Source of the DNA: Dipteris shenzhenensis
Taxonomy: Eukaryota
Reading direction: 5' to 3' (one strand)
Length of the DNA stretch: 64,000 nt
NCBI GenBank assembly: GCA_047967505.1
Contig: CM106538.1
Below are positions 25,809-39,519 of the stretch, piece by piece; position 1 is the first letter of the stretch, and every line of letters begins with the position of its first letter. Below the pieces are notes generated by a model. It saw only the letters and a list, made by a program, of their open reading frames with translations, was not told the DNA's origin and made no database searches. The translations under genes were made by a program, and so were the position numbers.

Positions 25809-28800
25809 ATAATAGCGATGCTTCCCCATGAAACTAAGAAACTCACGGTCCTGTCTATTTATCTGTTGCCCAAAGCCCTCTCCCTAGCCCGCATCATCAA
25901 CTTCCATAGTCAAATCTCTACAAGACTCTAGCAAGAGCTAACAACCCATAACCCCTCCCATACAAGCCCACAGTCCCAACTATTTACCTCTTGCTCATAG
26001 AGCCCTTGCCCACGTTCAAAAGGCTTGTCGGCTTCTATCATCCTCCACCTCTAGAAACTCCTTGTGAGCATAATCTACTCCTCTGCCACCTCTCAACTTC
26101 ACCCAATCCTTCTCTGTCTTCATTCAGTGACTTCATCCTTGAAACACCTAGATCCATGGGAATATACACAAATTATCCAATAGTTTGATTGTTGTTGTCT
26201 CTCATTCATACAATTTTCTTCCACAAAGAAATGATCTTTAGAACATATATCCAATATCAAATTTACAGTTTGTGTTAACTATCTATAATTGCACCAATTT
26301 CTCTTGATAATTAGATTTTTAAGGTGGTACTATGCTGGCATGAGAGATTGGTCTCTATGTGCAACATTCTACCACCAAGAGGACCAATGAACTACTCAAG
26401 GTAGAGATATTCCAAGGAGGTTAAGATCATGGAACAAGGATAAGAAGGACTACAAAGAATGTTTGTGTTTTAAGCATGCTACATGGAGTATAGTGTGTCC
26501 TAAGAAGTATAATCATATGGTAGTAGTGGATGTGGAGTCGATACCATCTCTGCCACCTAGGGATTCTCTTCTTGATGTTCATGATGGTATTATAACTATA
26601 CATTTATTGTTCATGATGGGAGTAATGGTATTATAACTCTACATTTATTGTCAATAAGTTTGAATCCCATTTGAATTGGATGTGATATGGATAGGAAGTT
26701 TGGTGGGCTAAATTTCTACCATATATTTGTTTCCAACGTATGGATAGGAAGTTTGGTATCTAAATTTCCAGTATATATGTGTTTGAGGATTAATGTGAAT
26801 GTCCCACTGATTTTATGAATTATTTTTGAAGCAGCAAAAGAGATAGTGAAAGCTGTCACTTAGCTTCTTTTTTTTGTTTCTCACCAAATCGTTCTTTAGG
26901 TCATGGAGGGTTGGCTACATATCCATAGGAGATTACATCCTTATGGGTCAGGATTTTCCATGTGGCAAAAAAAATGGCATGTATGCAAGGATACATTGCA
27001 TTTTTTTTGCAAGTATCTAGACCCTACAAAGGAGTACAAGTAGAAGGGAAAAAAATTTTAATGGGCCACATGTTTTATTTCCTTGGGGATTTTCCCATTG
27101 GAGAGGAGTTGGGTGTTGGTTCCATTTGCCTCCTCAAGTGGAAGTTATTTTCAAAGGACCATGTTAAGTATGATGTAGCTAGAACCACGTTTGCTTTAGG
27201 AGATAGTGGATGGCTTTCCATGCTACGTCCCATTATATGTAATGTAAGATATTGATATGTTACTTGATAAGACATGCCTTCTTTCCTTGATCTATATGAT
27301 GATTTAAACTACGACAATAGATCTAATATGGATGGTGAGGTATGGTCAATTCTAGGACCTTCAAGTGGTGAGAATATTGGTGATTCTAGACAAGAACCAG
27401 TATGGCTTCCTCAAGCATTATGAAGAGGACATACCACTATGTAAACATTATTCTTGTTCTTATTTGCTATTGGAATGGCTGTTGGTGTGACATGAAGTGT
27501 TTGTTCTTGTGTAGCTTCGTACTTCCATGTTGGCATTTGCATGTCCCAATGGGGCCACACCACCCATCTTCATGGCCAAGAGATGATCTCTATTTGATAT
27601 GCATTGAGTTCCAGTGAGCAAGAATATGTGGACTTGCTACATGACAGAGGCTCAGCGGACTCATGGGCTTTCATCTACCACTGCTCCACTTCAGGGTGCT
27701 AGGGGTGCTCTAGAGTGCTCTTGTGGATTTGTTTCTATGATTTTGACATTGTATGTGTGCCATGAGGCTAGTCTTAGAGATGGGTTGTGGCACTTGCTCT
27801 CTCATGAGGTCATGCTAGGTAGTAGTAGATCATGTTATTTGTTTGATGTGGATCCACTCATAGTGGATACGCATGTGTTGCCACTAATGCAAACTTCCTT
27901 TGGCAAGATACCTCATTGGGATGAGAAAGAGGTTGGGGAGGATGATTATTAAGCAAATCCTTTACTTTCATTTTGTTGTACTATGTAACATTGGCTACAT
28001 ACATACTATATTTATGTTTGGTTACAATGGATGTTGATATGGTTTCTTTAAATCCCTAAACCTAGATGTTTGATTTTCGAGTCTGATTGCAGTAGTACAA
28101 GAGGATAGTTGACTTAATGTCATTCTTTTCTTTGTCATTGTATTAATGCTTTACTTTCAAATTTCAACACTTATTCTTTTTTTGTATTTTGTCTCTTGTA
28201 GTGTTTTGCATTTATATGCTGAAGGAATGGCCACAGCCATGGTGAGAGACAAGTGGTATGCAGCAAAGCAAGGAACATTCATGCGTCCATAGTAATTTTG
28301 TGAATGATGAGTGTAAAGATAGTGATTGAGCGCTTTCTTGATGTTTTTATCTTTTTGAATACTTAGTACATGGAATATTGTTCCACAATCTCATAAATAT
28401 TTACTACATGGAAGCTTTTGAGTGAATGGAAAGGAGCAATGATCATGTTATGTGATTTCAAGGCGATGCATTAAATGTTTAGTTGTACTAATTCCCTTCA
28501 TGTCCATATAAAGTTAGTCACATAGGTAAAATCCACGAGAGTATCCTTATGATTTTAAGCCTACTTATATTCCAAGTGCACCATTTCCTTCATGTAGTAG
28601 CCTTTTGTGACTAGATTCATTTTCTTGGCCCCATAGCAATTGCTCGTGGACCAAGTTTGATTGTATATGTCTATCTCTCTTTCTTATCTTTCTCACTTGC
28701 TTGAAAGTCTTTTCCATCTTCAACCTTATATCCATGACCTTTGAAGTTCTTCAATAGAAATCAATTGCAACTATAGTTTTACACAAAGTTCCTCACAATT

Positions 28801-30327
28801 ATCCCTCAAACTCTAGGCTTGCTCAAATGCAGTTACTCAATGTTTCAACGTACTCGGTTGTGGGACAAACAAGACTTTTGCCAAATGAACATGTGCCACA
28901 TCAATCAATGCCTCTTTTTGAGGATTGTGCCTACCCTGTCTGAACCCTTAGAGACTACAATGCCCACCCATGGTGCATTGAGCACCCATGCCCATCCATG
29001 GTGCATTGAATGCATCTGGAGCCACAAGCTAGACATGCACTGTCAATCTTACTGACCCATGATCTGTGGCCATGCCTATGGTGTGGTAGTCTTTAAACAC
29101 TCTTAATAATCATAGCAAGAGCCTATGGTTGCCCTTGGGGTCCCATACTAGTGACAAGAGGGTAGACCCTCTCACTAGTAAGCCACGTGGGTGCATTGTA
29201 GCAAATTCAATAAAAAGACGTTAAACTTAGCATAGGATCTAATGACATGCAAGAGGAAAATGATAAAAAAGTGTAAATTGTCTTTTCCCATCACATTTTC
29301 CCCACCCTTAGGACTTTTGAGAAAAGAGGAGAGCATATACTTATTTCTTTATGATCTAGCCCAAGAAAATGAATAAATGTAAATGCCAACTTGTAAACAC
29401 ATCCAAGAGAGTGGTGTGACACAAAATTGGGGGCTTGGGTTTGGTCACATATTAAACACACATGTTGAAGAAGGAAAGCATGTCTCAGCATTAAGTTACG
29501 CCAAAAACTCCTCAATCTCTATCCTCTTAGATTAAAATTAAGATATACACATCAAAAGTGAGGTTTTAGTCTAGCATAGGAAATAAGGAGGGAAATGGGG
29601 AAGCATTGATTTGAGCCAACTAGTCAGCCCCAAAAGTAAGGGCAAGCCTTTGCTGAAAGAACTTCTTATGACTCAACACTATGTGAACAAATGTGAAAGG
29701 AGTGAATTGATAAGGCTGATTTGGCTGAATTGGACAGTTAGGCCAAATCATTTTTATATCTTTATAGATTCAAAGAGGAGGAGGATAATGAGGATTATCA
29801 TAAATGACCCACTATACAGAGGACTAGTTGGGTGACTCACACTAAAAGTGAGTCAACTAGGTGAAAGAACACCAACAGCAATGCATAGAGATGAATTGAT
29901 ACATCAACAAAAGATATTGTAAAAAATGGACATCATAAACTTATAGAGATATGAGATAACTTATTGAATTGGACATGTGAGCGAAGGACTATCACAGCTT
30001 TGCTGTAGACTAGTAAAACTATCCTAGACAGCAGACTCGGCTACTTAGACAAACAACATCCTTTTCTCCTCTACTTAGAATAAATATCTGAACACATTAA
30101 TAGATAGAGCTTGAAAAGATAGATTTTGATATAAGTTTCACTCAAATAATGAGTTCGTAATTGAAAGTTGTGACCATTTTACTCGGCGTTGTCAAAACTG
30201 TCCATTCTGTCGACTTTGCCTCTGCTTGGAAGGCAATGATCAACAATTCATAGTGGGTTGAGGTTTCCTAGAAGAGTAGGTTATTAACTCATGTCAAGTT
30301 TGGAAAATAACCCCTCATGTGGACACA

Positions 30328-33300
30328 GCAACAACATGATCAGACATCCCTGATACATGTAAGGGATACAAAGTCCCACACTTGGCACCCCTGGCCAAAA
30401 CCGTAGAGCCCTTCTATATTTTCCAACTCTGAAAGCCAAAAGTGGTCTAAAAACTAGTGTCATCTAGCTGACCCATTGAAATAAGACTCTTGGTCAGCTT
30501 AGGCACATGTCTCACATTTTTCAAAACAAATGGAGGCCCATTTGCAAAAGAAAACTTTATGTCACCTACTCCTACTATGTCACATGCATAGTTATTTCCA
30601 AGATGCACACAACCTGTCTTTTCGCTGTCATAAGTGGAGAACCATTCCCTATGGGGAGGAGTAACATGGAATGAAGCACCAGCATTCAAAATCTAATCTA
30701 GGGAATATGCATCATCTAAAGTGGTAAGCAAGTCTGTAGCTAGACTAGACATGAAGAAAATGTCATTGTCACAATTATCAGTGATTTGGCTGCATCATTG
30801 ATCTCCTCGAGCTTCATTTTTCCTTTGTCCTCCCTTGGACTCTCTTCCTTCTTATTTTCACTTCAATTTGCATTCTTTTTCTTATCCTTTTGCTCTCTTT
30901 TCAGCTTGTAGCAATTCTTTTTCATGTGGCCCTTCTTGCCACAATGGTAACACTCAATGTTCTGTGCCCTGGATTTGCTATGAGACTTTCCTCTTTCTTG
31001 GGACTTCCCCTTGAATTGTGATCTGCCCCTTTGCACATTTAAGCTGCATCTTGCTTGTTGCCATCCATAGACTTCCGTCTAGTCTCCTCGGCCAACAAGC
31101 TACCCATAACATCATCAAACTTCAGTACTCCACTAGGTGCAAAGTTACTAACAGCAGTATGGAAGGTATCCCATGAGGATGGCAATGAACACAAGAGAAA
31201 TATTGCCTTAGTCTCCGCATCAAAATTCATCTTTTGAGCTTGAAGCTAGCTGCAAATAATATTGAATTCATTCAAGTGAGAAGAAATGGGGGCCCCTTCC
31301 TTCATTTGTAGCTCAAACAACCTCTTCATGAGGTAAAATTTATTAGAGGCAGTTTGCTTCTCATAAGTGGCACATAATTTCTTCCACAAATCTTCCGTAG
31401 TCTACTCATTTACTACTGTGAAATAACTGACTCTATAAGATGAAGTCTAATAGTAGACTTTGCTAATGCGTCCAACTCATTCCAATCATCCTTAGACATA
31501 TCTGCAGGCTTAGCTCCAATCCCTACTAAGGGTTTAATCTTCTTCTTTTGAATAAGCACATCCCTTATCCGTTCTTTCCACAAAGAAAAGTTTGTCCCAT
31601 CAAAATTTTTAATGCTAAAAAGCTCCTTTTTAGACATCAAAGAGGATGCCATGATGCAAATGAAACAAAATCCTAAATGCTAGTGCCTGCAAGAAAGATC
31701 ACACCAGATACCAGGTGCACCCAAATATGTCTACCTTAATGAAGGATAGTGTCCACTGTCACCAAAACTCAAGGCTCAAAGCATCAAAATGCATCTGCCT
31801 CATGTGCATATACTATGTATCCATATCAGCAAATCTGGCCCAAAAGAAAATGTCAACCTATAATGACAAAACGATGGCAAACCCAATGTCAATAAGAGCC
31901 AAATGCCTCAAGCATAAACACCGTCCATGGGCATAAGCATCAATAAAATCTCATCCAAGAGATCATAGCACTATGAGTGCATCAACTGCAATGTGTCAAA
32001 GCTTTCCCTCAGTATAAAATAGCATCTGTGTGCTAAACGTCCATCAATAAAGCATCCCACAAGGCAATCTGGACCTATCAACACATCCAAAAAGGATTGC
32101 AATGCATCCAAATGGCCTGTAAAGCATCCAATGCAAACCATGAATGAGCGTACATAGCTCAGATTGCAGCCAGAGTGATCTGCATATGGTATATCCAAGA
32201 AATCGCAGCCCCACGACGATGACATCTTGTGAAAATAGAGCCTGGGATGCCTCAAAACATGGGCGTCACTACATAATCGGACTCAGCAAGACAATTCCAA
32301 ATATCTATCTTTTGCTAGAACTCCAATATCTCATCCAAGGATGGAGTAAGAGCCAAACAATGCTTGCATTTACTTGCAAAAATGAACCTTAGGCAGATTA
32401 AAACATAAGGCATATCCTTATCTACCACGTGGCAACAATCAATGAGAAGGTCTTGGAACCTTTGAGAAATTTCTTGCAAAGAGACGACGAAAAAACACAG
32501 AGAATCACAACTCCCTCAATTCTTCATGGAATGGCAAGAAGCTTTGTGGACAAATGTTTCAGGTAGTTCTAGATCCAACGGGATGGACAGCTTTGCAAAT
32601 GGAGACTCAGATGTTCAGATCCTGCTCACACAGGAAATGACGAAATGAAGACGTTGGAGTAGACAGCTTCACTGCAGCTTCAGACCTTCACAGAATCGGA
32701 AGCAGCTTCACAAGTAGAAGTTTTGGACCGCTTTGAATCCACTGGGAGTGTCTAAACTGCAATGGTGGTCTGGATATGGAGATCCAACACATGAAATCCG
32801 CGCAATTGAATTTCGTCACTTTTTGCAGGAGCTATAACTTTTCACTGAAAACTCGGATGACAGAGATATTAGAACAAAAACTAAAGTACTAAAAGTCTTC
32901 TACAACTTTTCTTTCGATCTCAGAGCAAGATTCAGCTTCTAGAGAAAGATATCTTCATCACAAGACTCTCAGGTCTAAAATAGACCGTCTTTTGCCTCCA
33001 AAACCACTTTTCTACTAGCTTGCCAAAAACCACTCAGAGAACTTTCCAAAGGTTTCTGCAAGGTCCCTTCACACTAGGATGCAAGTAAAGTCACCCAACG
33101 GAGATTCTCCTTCCTCCCACAGAGCTATAGCAGCAGACTTCGCTCTCTAGGTCACACTCAGACTTAGCTAGAACACCTGCGCTCTGATACCAGTTGAGAG
33201 ATATCAACAACAGAAGCGGAATAGAAGAAGGTGAGAGAGCCAGAAGAGAGCCACACAAGTTTTGGTGGTGCAAAACACCCTAATCTTCAATGTCATCCAT

Positions 33301-33361
33301 ATATATATGTGTTTGAGTATTGTACACTGAGGTTAAGGTACAGTGGCCTTTAACCCCCTCA
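30328..33361 (-). mobile_element. Copia copy B (divergent subfamily): 5' LTR, leader and decayed gag-PR, truncated before IN
   Basis: LTR 33195-33361 and PBS 33181-33192. gag/PR homologous to copy A, with stops and frameshifts. Homology ends at 30328. Confidence 0.9.
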
Positions 33362-34399
33362 GACACAAAGAAGATCCTACATGTGGAGGTGCCTTTCAAG
33401 GCAAAAAATATGGAGTGCACATCACTATTCGAAACGGTCTAAAAACACTCTATGATCTATGAGTTGCAAGTTGATGACATCAAGCCCAAACTTGTGTGCC
33501 TTGCAAAGGGAGGCATGTATCTCATCTTCATCATTTGCATCCCATCCATGGAAGCACTGGTTCAATTCATGGTTTATGAGTGCATCTCCCACCATGGCTA
33601 GATTCTTAGGGAAGGGCCTCTTTTTGGTGCAGTGTGTTTTTGAAGAAGCGTGCAACAAGTTGGTCAGTTGTTCTTTCATGTTATTGGGAGCCTCAGTGTT
33701 GGTGGTGCCTTAGAGCTTAGCCTTTAGCATCAATGAGTCCTTTACTAAGACTATTGGTCTGGATTGAGTTCCCAAACCTCCCCCATGGCTTGATGATGCT
33801 ATTAAAAAGTTGGCCTCAACATTGAGAGATGTCAAGATAACGATGGAAGAGGAAATTCAAGCGCAAGGTGCATGTGGATGAGAGAATCTAGGTGGACATC
33901 ATGGCCAAAAATCTACAAAAGGGGAGGCCCTTCATTGTGGGGGTTTGTTGGAAGAGGGGGGTGTGAGGCAGATAGTAGCTACATGATGGCCAATATAAAA
34001 ATCACAGTTCTGGTCCTCTGTGTGTGTAGCTAGAAGAGTCAAAGGCATTAGCCTTCTAGTCGCTTGGTCGTGCAGCCTCGAGCTATAAGAGTGAGTCCCA
34101 CCTTTGAGGGAAATATATGCAGTTCCAAGTAATCCAAGGGCCTATCATATATTTGAATAGGAGTAGGAGACTATCGATGAATACCTTGAGTCTCTCTGTC
34201 AAAATGTATCCATGCTCTCTTTTTTTCTCTTGCATGCCACTCTGCTACCTTAGCAACATGACACCGCCCATGAATTTGGAACATGCGTGAACAAAGTGTA
34301 GGAAGGCAAAAACCCGATTAACACTAATGTGAAGAAGGCAATTGATACTAAGTCAATTTACAAGCTAAAACAAAATCTAATACCTCAATAGACTGTTTC

Positions 34400-35700
34400 A
34401 AGGAAAGTCTTGCTCTAAAGGGTAATGAACAACAAAAGGCTATTGACTTTGAGGAGACCAGTATGGTAGGCCATCATGGCTAGAATGTACATCAATTGGC
34501 CATAAAGACCACTTTCTTGCACATAGATTTTCATGAGGAGGTATACATATCTTTGCCTGGTGGTTTTGTGCAAAAGGGACATGAACGTAAGGTGTGTCAA
34601 GTGAAAAAAACTCTATATGGTCTTAAACAAGCACCTAGATCATGGTACTAAAAGACACACACATATCTTATTGTACATGGCTTCTACAACAGTTAGACTA
34701 AAAGTACCCTCTATGTCAGAAAGACGAGATGGATTCTTGGCCATCATACTTTACACACTCATGACATGCTACTCTCACAAGACCCCATGAGCAAGAAAGT
34801 ACTACCATCAAGGCTAAATCTCATGATTCATTTGAGATGAGTGATTTGAGCCTATCACATTTCTATTTGGGGGTATGATTTTCATAGTGAGTAGATGGTA
34901 TTATCACGATCCACACTAAATATATACAGAAACTACTCCAAAGGTTTTTCTTTGAGTAGTGCAAGCGAGTTGCCATACTTATGGAGATAGATATGAGGTT
35001 TAGTATTAAGGACTCAAGAGAACCAATTGACTAGACTTTATACTAGCATGCTATGGGACTCTTGAGGGCCTAAGAAACCCATTTGATTAGACTTTATACA
35101 TGTAGGCTATGGGCTATTTGATTTAATTATGCAATACAAGGATGGACATTCAGTATGGGGTGTCATAGTTGAGGAAATTTATGCATAGGACACAGAGTAA
35201 GCACAAGTAGGCTATGAACACCTTGGTTTGCTCTATCCCAGAGCGTTCATACATAGCTGCATGAAATTTGTGACTCAGATTGGGCAGGCTAGCGTGTGTC
35301 CACTCTTCTTGGATAGTTCAAGCATTTACTTGTTGAGCAAGAAGCAACCTTTAGTGACTAGTTCTAGATGTGAGGCTAAGTACAGGGCCACATTCAAAGC
35401 TATTGTGGAGTGTATACAGATCAGATAGTTATATGCTAATTTGGATATGGGATAGTCATACACTACTTTTATCTTTCTAACACTAAAAAGTGCTTTGGTA
35501 CTTGTAAAGAATCCTATATTTTATGCTTGTAGAAAGAATATTAAGGTACACTATCATTATGTAAGAGAAAGATTGTCTATAGGAGGGACTAGCATGATCT
35601 ATGTGCCTACACATGATAATAGATATATTCACCAAGGCATGGCCTCATGAAAAGTTTTGAAGGCTTTCCCAGATTTTAAACGTACAACCTTTTGATGATT
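34400..35700 (+). pseudogene. Old copia RT/RNase H remnant (different family)
   Basis: HQLAIKTTFLH..FHEEVY...GF....VC.VKKTLYGLKQAPRSWY and KNIKVHYHYVRE. Confidence 0.8.
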
Positions 35701-37744
35701 GATGTTACATCTTCCTTGTACTTCATCACCATACCTCTCCAGGGGGTTGTGAAATCTCATGATGGGAGTGTTGGATGATCATGTAGAGTTGGGGCACTTT
35801 TTCCTCCAACTGGTGGAGGTTTTCTCCCCCTGCCTAGTTTGTGCTTGGTAAGCACAAGATGTGCTAAGGGGTGTGCCTACAACACACAACTCTATCCATA
35901 TTGTACTTTTGTGTGGTGTGATAGCTTCTTGTCTCACTGTTGTATCCATCTCAGCTTTGTGTCTTCTTAGGTATCCTTACATCCAACACCAACATAAAGA
36001 CCTATAAGCCATGGCATATCTCACTCTAAACAATTAACCTTTGGAAAGGTGGGACATTTGATATGGAAAGCTACATGAGATGATAGATAATAGTTTAGGG
36101 GTTTGAGAGGGATGAGGTGATTCTCATTAGAACTCCCATAATTTTAGCAATACTCCTAAAACTAATATTGATGATTACTATACTTCTTATACTAATATTT
36201 TAGCAGTACTCTTTATACTAATACTGATGATCTCTTATAATAGGATTTTTTATGATTGTACTAATGCCTACATTTTAGCAAAAAAATCGATAGAGAAGAG
36301 GGTTGAAAACCCTATGTCACCACAAATTATTGTTTTGTATGGCTAATGTAAACCAACAACATTTACAAGTCTGCTAAAAAATATGAAATTGCATTTAATG
36401 TATCCGAATAAATGCCAATCAAAAAATGTCTAGGGTACGAATACTATTTTTCTTAATCCTATTTCAATTGGAGGCTTGAAACATTTGAAAATAAAAAATC
36501 AAATCTATTTGTTTGGAACATGAACCTTTGAAAATACCCTAGCATGTGGGATTGTTAAAATTTATGAATTTTCAAATAATCTTGCTATTGCAGTTCAATA
36601 CCAAACTTTGAAAAATCCTCTTATGTGAAGTAGCTTGTGCTTGCTTACATTCATATTGACCGTTCTTTCACTCTACTATCTTTACTTCATGCTCCACCTA
36701 TATCTTAGATCATCTGTTAGGAGGTTTAAAGATGATCATGTCTAAAAAGTTTGAAGCAAATAGTTGAACTTAAAAAATAAGAAGACATTCCTCGAAGTTA
36801 CATTAATAAGAGACATTAGGACAATCCCTTTGCTCCTTTGTAATTACAAACTCTTTGTTTTCATAGTTTGAGTACAATCAAACTTACCTAAGGGTTTCCC
36901 TATTGCACCTAAGTTTTTGATGGAAGTGATCAACTTGTAGTTTGTGGCATCTAGTTTTTTAGTGTTGATGGTGCATTCTCAACTATTAATCATGATCGTG
37001 ATAAAACATATGTGAAAGCTATATACATAAGTTTTGCTATGCAAAGACTAGGAATTAAATTCATGACCACACGCTTGTGTGCTTATATAAGCTCCAAGTA
37101 GAATAAAAACCAGAACCTATTCCATCTATTGACCTCTCTCCTCTCTATTTTGAAAGAGAACCCTCCAGTGTCACAAAGAACACACTTTATTATTTTATTT
37201 TATTAAAAAAAAAAAGAACCTGTAAACCATATACAACCTGTAATGTTTTTATTTTCGCGAGTAAAAAATATTCTCTCAATTTTGTAAAATTTGTAAATTT
37301 TTAGGCAATTTAGTTATATTTTAGCTTTAAAATCTACAAATTCTTTTGTAATTTATTGAGAAAAATGTTTTCTTCTCTTTTAATGGCACCCCTTAGCCTC
37401 CCCCCTTCATTCTCCTTCCCTCTTTCACTTAATGTGCAAGTCTCTCCCTTTGCCTCCCCCATGAGTCGACAATTAATGTTCATGGCCTACTCTCCCCTCC
37501 CCTTGTCCCTTTATTCCATCTATTGTTATCTTGCCTCTCTTTCTTGGAGCATGCCCTTCCAATGGCCCTTCACTTAATGCACACATCTCTAAATGTTGAC
37601 GTCCCTCCCTTGTCCCTTTATTCCATCTTCCCTTTAGTTTAGTCCTTTCACCCTTATCCTCTCTCCACAACTAATAGTAATTTGATAATTTTTGCCCTCT
37701 TCCCTTTCACCCTCATCCTCTCTCCACAACTGAATAGTGATTGA

Positions 37745-38383
37745 TTTTCTCCGTTAGATAGTTTGTCATTGTGGAAATTTAGACTCAAAAGGATGTGGAA
37801 GTTCACTCCTTCCTTAGATGAATTTACTACTTTGGAGAGTTATTGTTGGTAAACTTCTTGTTAGAGCAAGGATAACCAAATGGAATCCTAATGTTGGCTC
37901 AGTATGCCTATTCTGCAATGCTGGGAGGGAGAATCACATGCATCTTTTTTGGGACTGTTTCTTCACTTTGGAAGTCTGAAGGGAGATTGTTAAAAGTCTG
38001 AGCAGAGCACAAATCCATGCTAAACTTAAGTGGACAATGGCGCTCTTAGGGGGTAAGAGAAGCTTGAGTGATCCCATTTGTGTACTATGGCAAGTGGTCA
38101 AAGGTTTTGTGATTTTGTGATTATGCATGTGTGGAAACATAGGAATGACTTGGTTTTCTATAGACCTCACCTTGGGAGGTTGCTGGTTGGTGTTATTATA
38201 GAGGGCATTAAAAGAGTTGTACAGTTTTTTAGTAGGAAAAAACGAGGCCTTCAAGGCTCTAGGGAAGATTTGGAACTAGATGCCTTGGCCTCTTGTACAA
38301 GAGGGAGTTGGTCTTTCTCCTTTCTTGTATATTTCTCTTTTCTTCTTAATACAATTTTGGAGAGGTTACCCCAAAAAAAAAAA
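37745..38383 (+). mobile_element. 5'-truncated LINE 3' fragment with poly(A) tail
   Basis: zf-RVT-like C.FC...E..HLFWDC. Poly(A) at 38373-38383. TSD-like aatagtgatt on both sides. Confidence 0.65.
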
Positions 38384-38690
38384 CACTAAATAGTGATTTG
38401 ATATTTTTTGTCTGGAGTAGGGGTCATAATCCCTTCTTTTTTTAAAAAAATACTCACCCACCCAACTCACACACCCCGTTGAGGCTATCGAGGAGCATCC
38501 TGCCCTGCCTCTACCGTCAAGGGAATCGAACAAGGGCCGCTGCCCTGGTAGGCTGCCAAGCAGCCCTTCCAGTGGGCTGCCGCAGCTTCTTCTAGGGGTC
38601 ATAATTCCATTGCTCTATTGCAAAGCGTGAATCATAGTTGTCTTGGCCACTTGAGGAGGCGGTTACAATCTATAAGCGTAGGCGGCGGAA

Positions 38691-39126
38691 AACGTGTGAG
38701 AACCCCCGGACACCCCTGCTTAAACGCTGCTAGCAGAGTCAGCTGACGGCGGATAAATATGTCTATTTAAAAATATATATTAAAAGCGATGGGCGATGCC
38801 GCGATTTCCATTGGATAAAGGGCAAATATAAACCTGACGTGTCAGGTACGTGTCTGAACGGAAGGGCGGGACACGTCTCCAAAGGATAGATGCCACGTGT
38901 TGTGGGCGCAAGTTGATGGCCGCAAAACCCAGGGGGCCCAAGTTCCAACTTCCAAGTGCCTGCGGAAGGACCACAAGTTGAAAGGCCGGAAATGGATATT
39001 TTTTTCCCCTGCTCAGCTGGCCGTCCCAGTCACCTCAAACTTTCGCGTCAGTCTCCCAGCACTCATCAGAACCGCCCGCCTACGTGGCGACGCCGTCTAC
39101 TCCAGTCAGTTGCAAGCCCGCCACGT
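38691..39126. promoter_or_regulatory. CpG-rich cluster of ABRE/G-box-like ACGT elements
   Basis: ACGTG(G/T)C matches at 38837, 38848, 38870, 38892, 39082 and 39120, plus AACGTG at 38691. Confidence 0.5.
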
Positions 39127-39519
39127 CAGTTTTGGCATAGAATTTAGTGTTGCATTTAAGAGCCTTTCCACACAGGAGAGCCGCGGTTTGCAAACCAGGT
39201 GGACTTAAGATGTCAAACTGGGTCCATGATTTAGAGCATGCTCACGCCCGAGAGGTGGTTTGTAAACTGGTTTTGGAGGGAAAACCTGGTTATTGCTGCT
39301 TGAGCCCTTCAACCTTGCTCTTGGGTAGGCGCTAGCCAAAAAACCAGATGCCGACAGGGACAGCTTGGTTGTAAACCTCATGAACATGCTCTTAGTAAGT
39401 AATTGGTAGTAATAACTACTTCTGCCCGATATTGATTTGACAGATGCTTCTCAATGCTCAATGTAGCATTAATGTATTTGGAGGGAAAACATGGTTGTTG
39501 CTTGCGCTTGAACATTCAG

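Noticed and set aside
26300-28300. Possible decayed gene or transposase
   Set aside because: Coding-like composition, but no recognisable motif or sustained frame.
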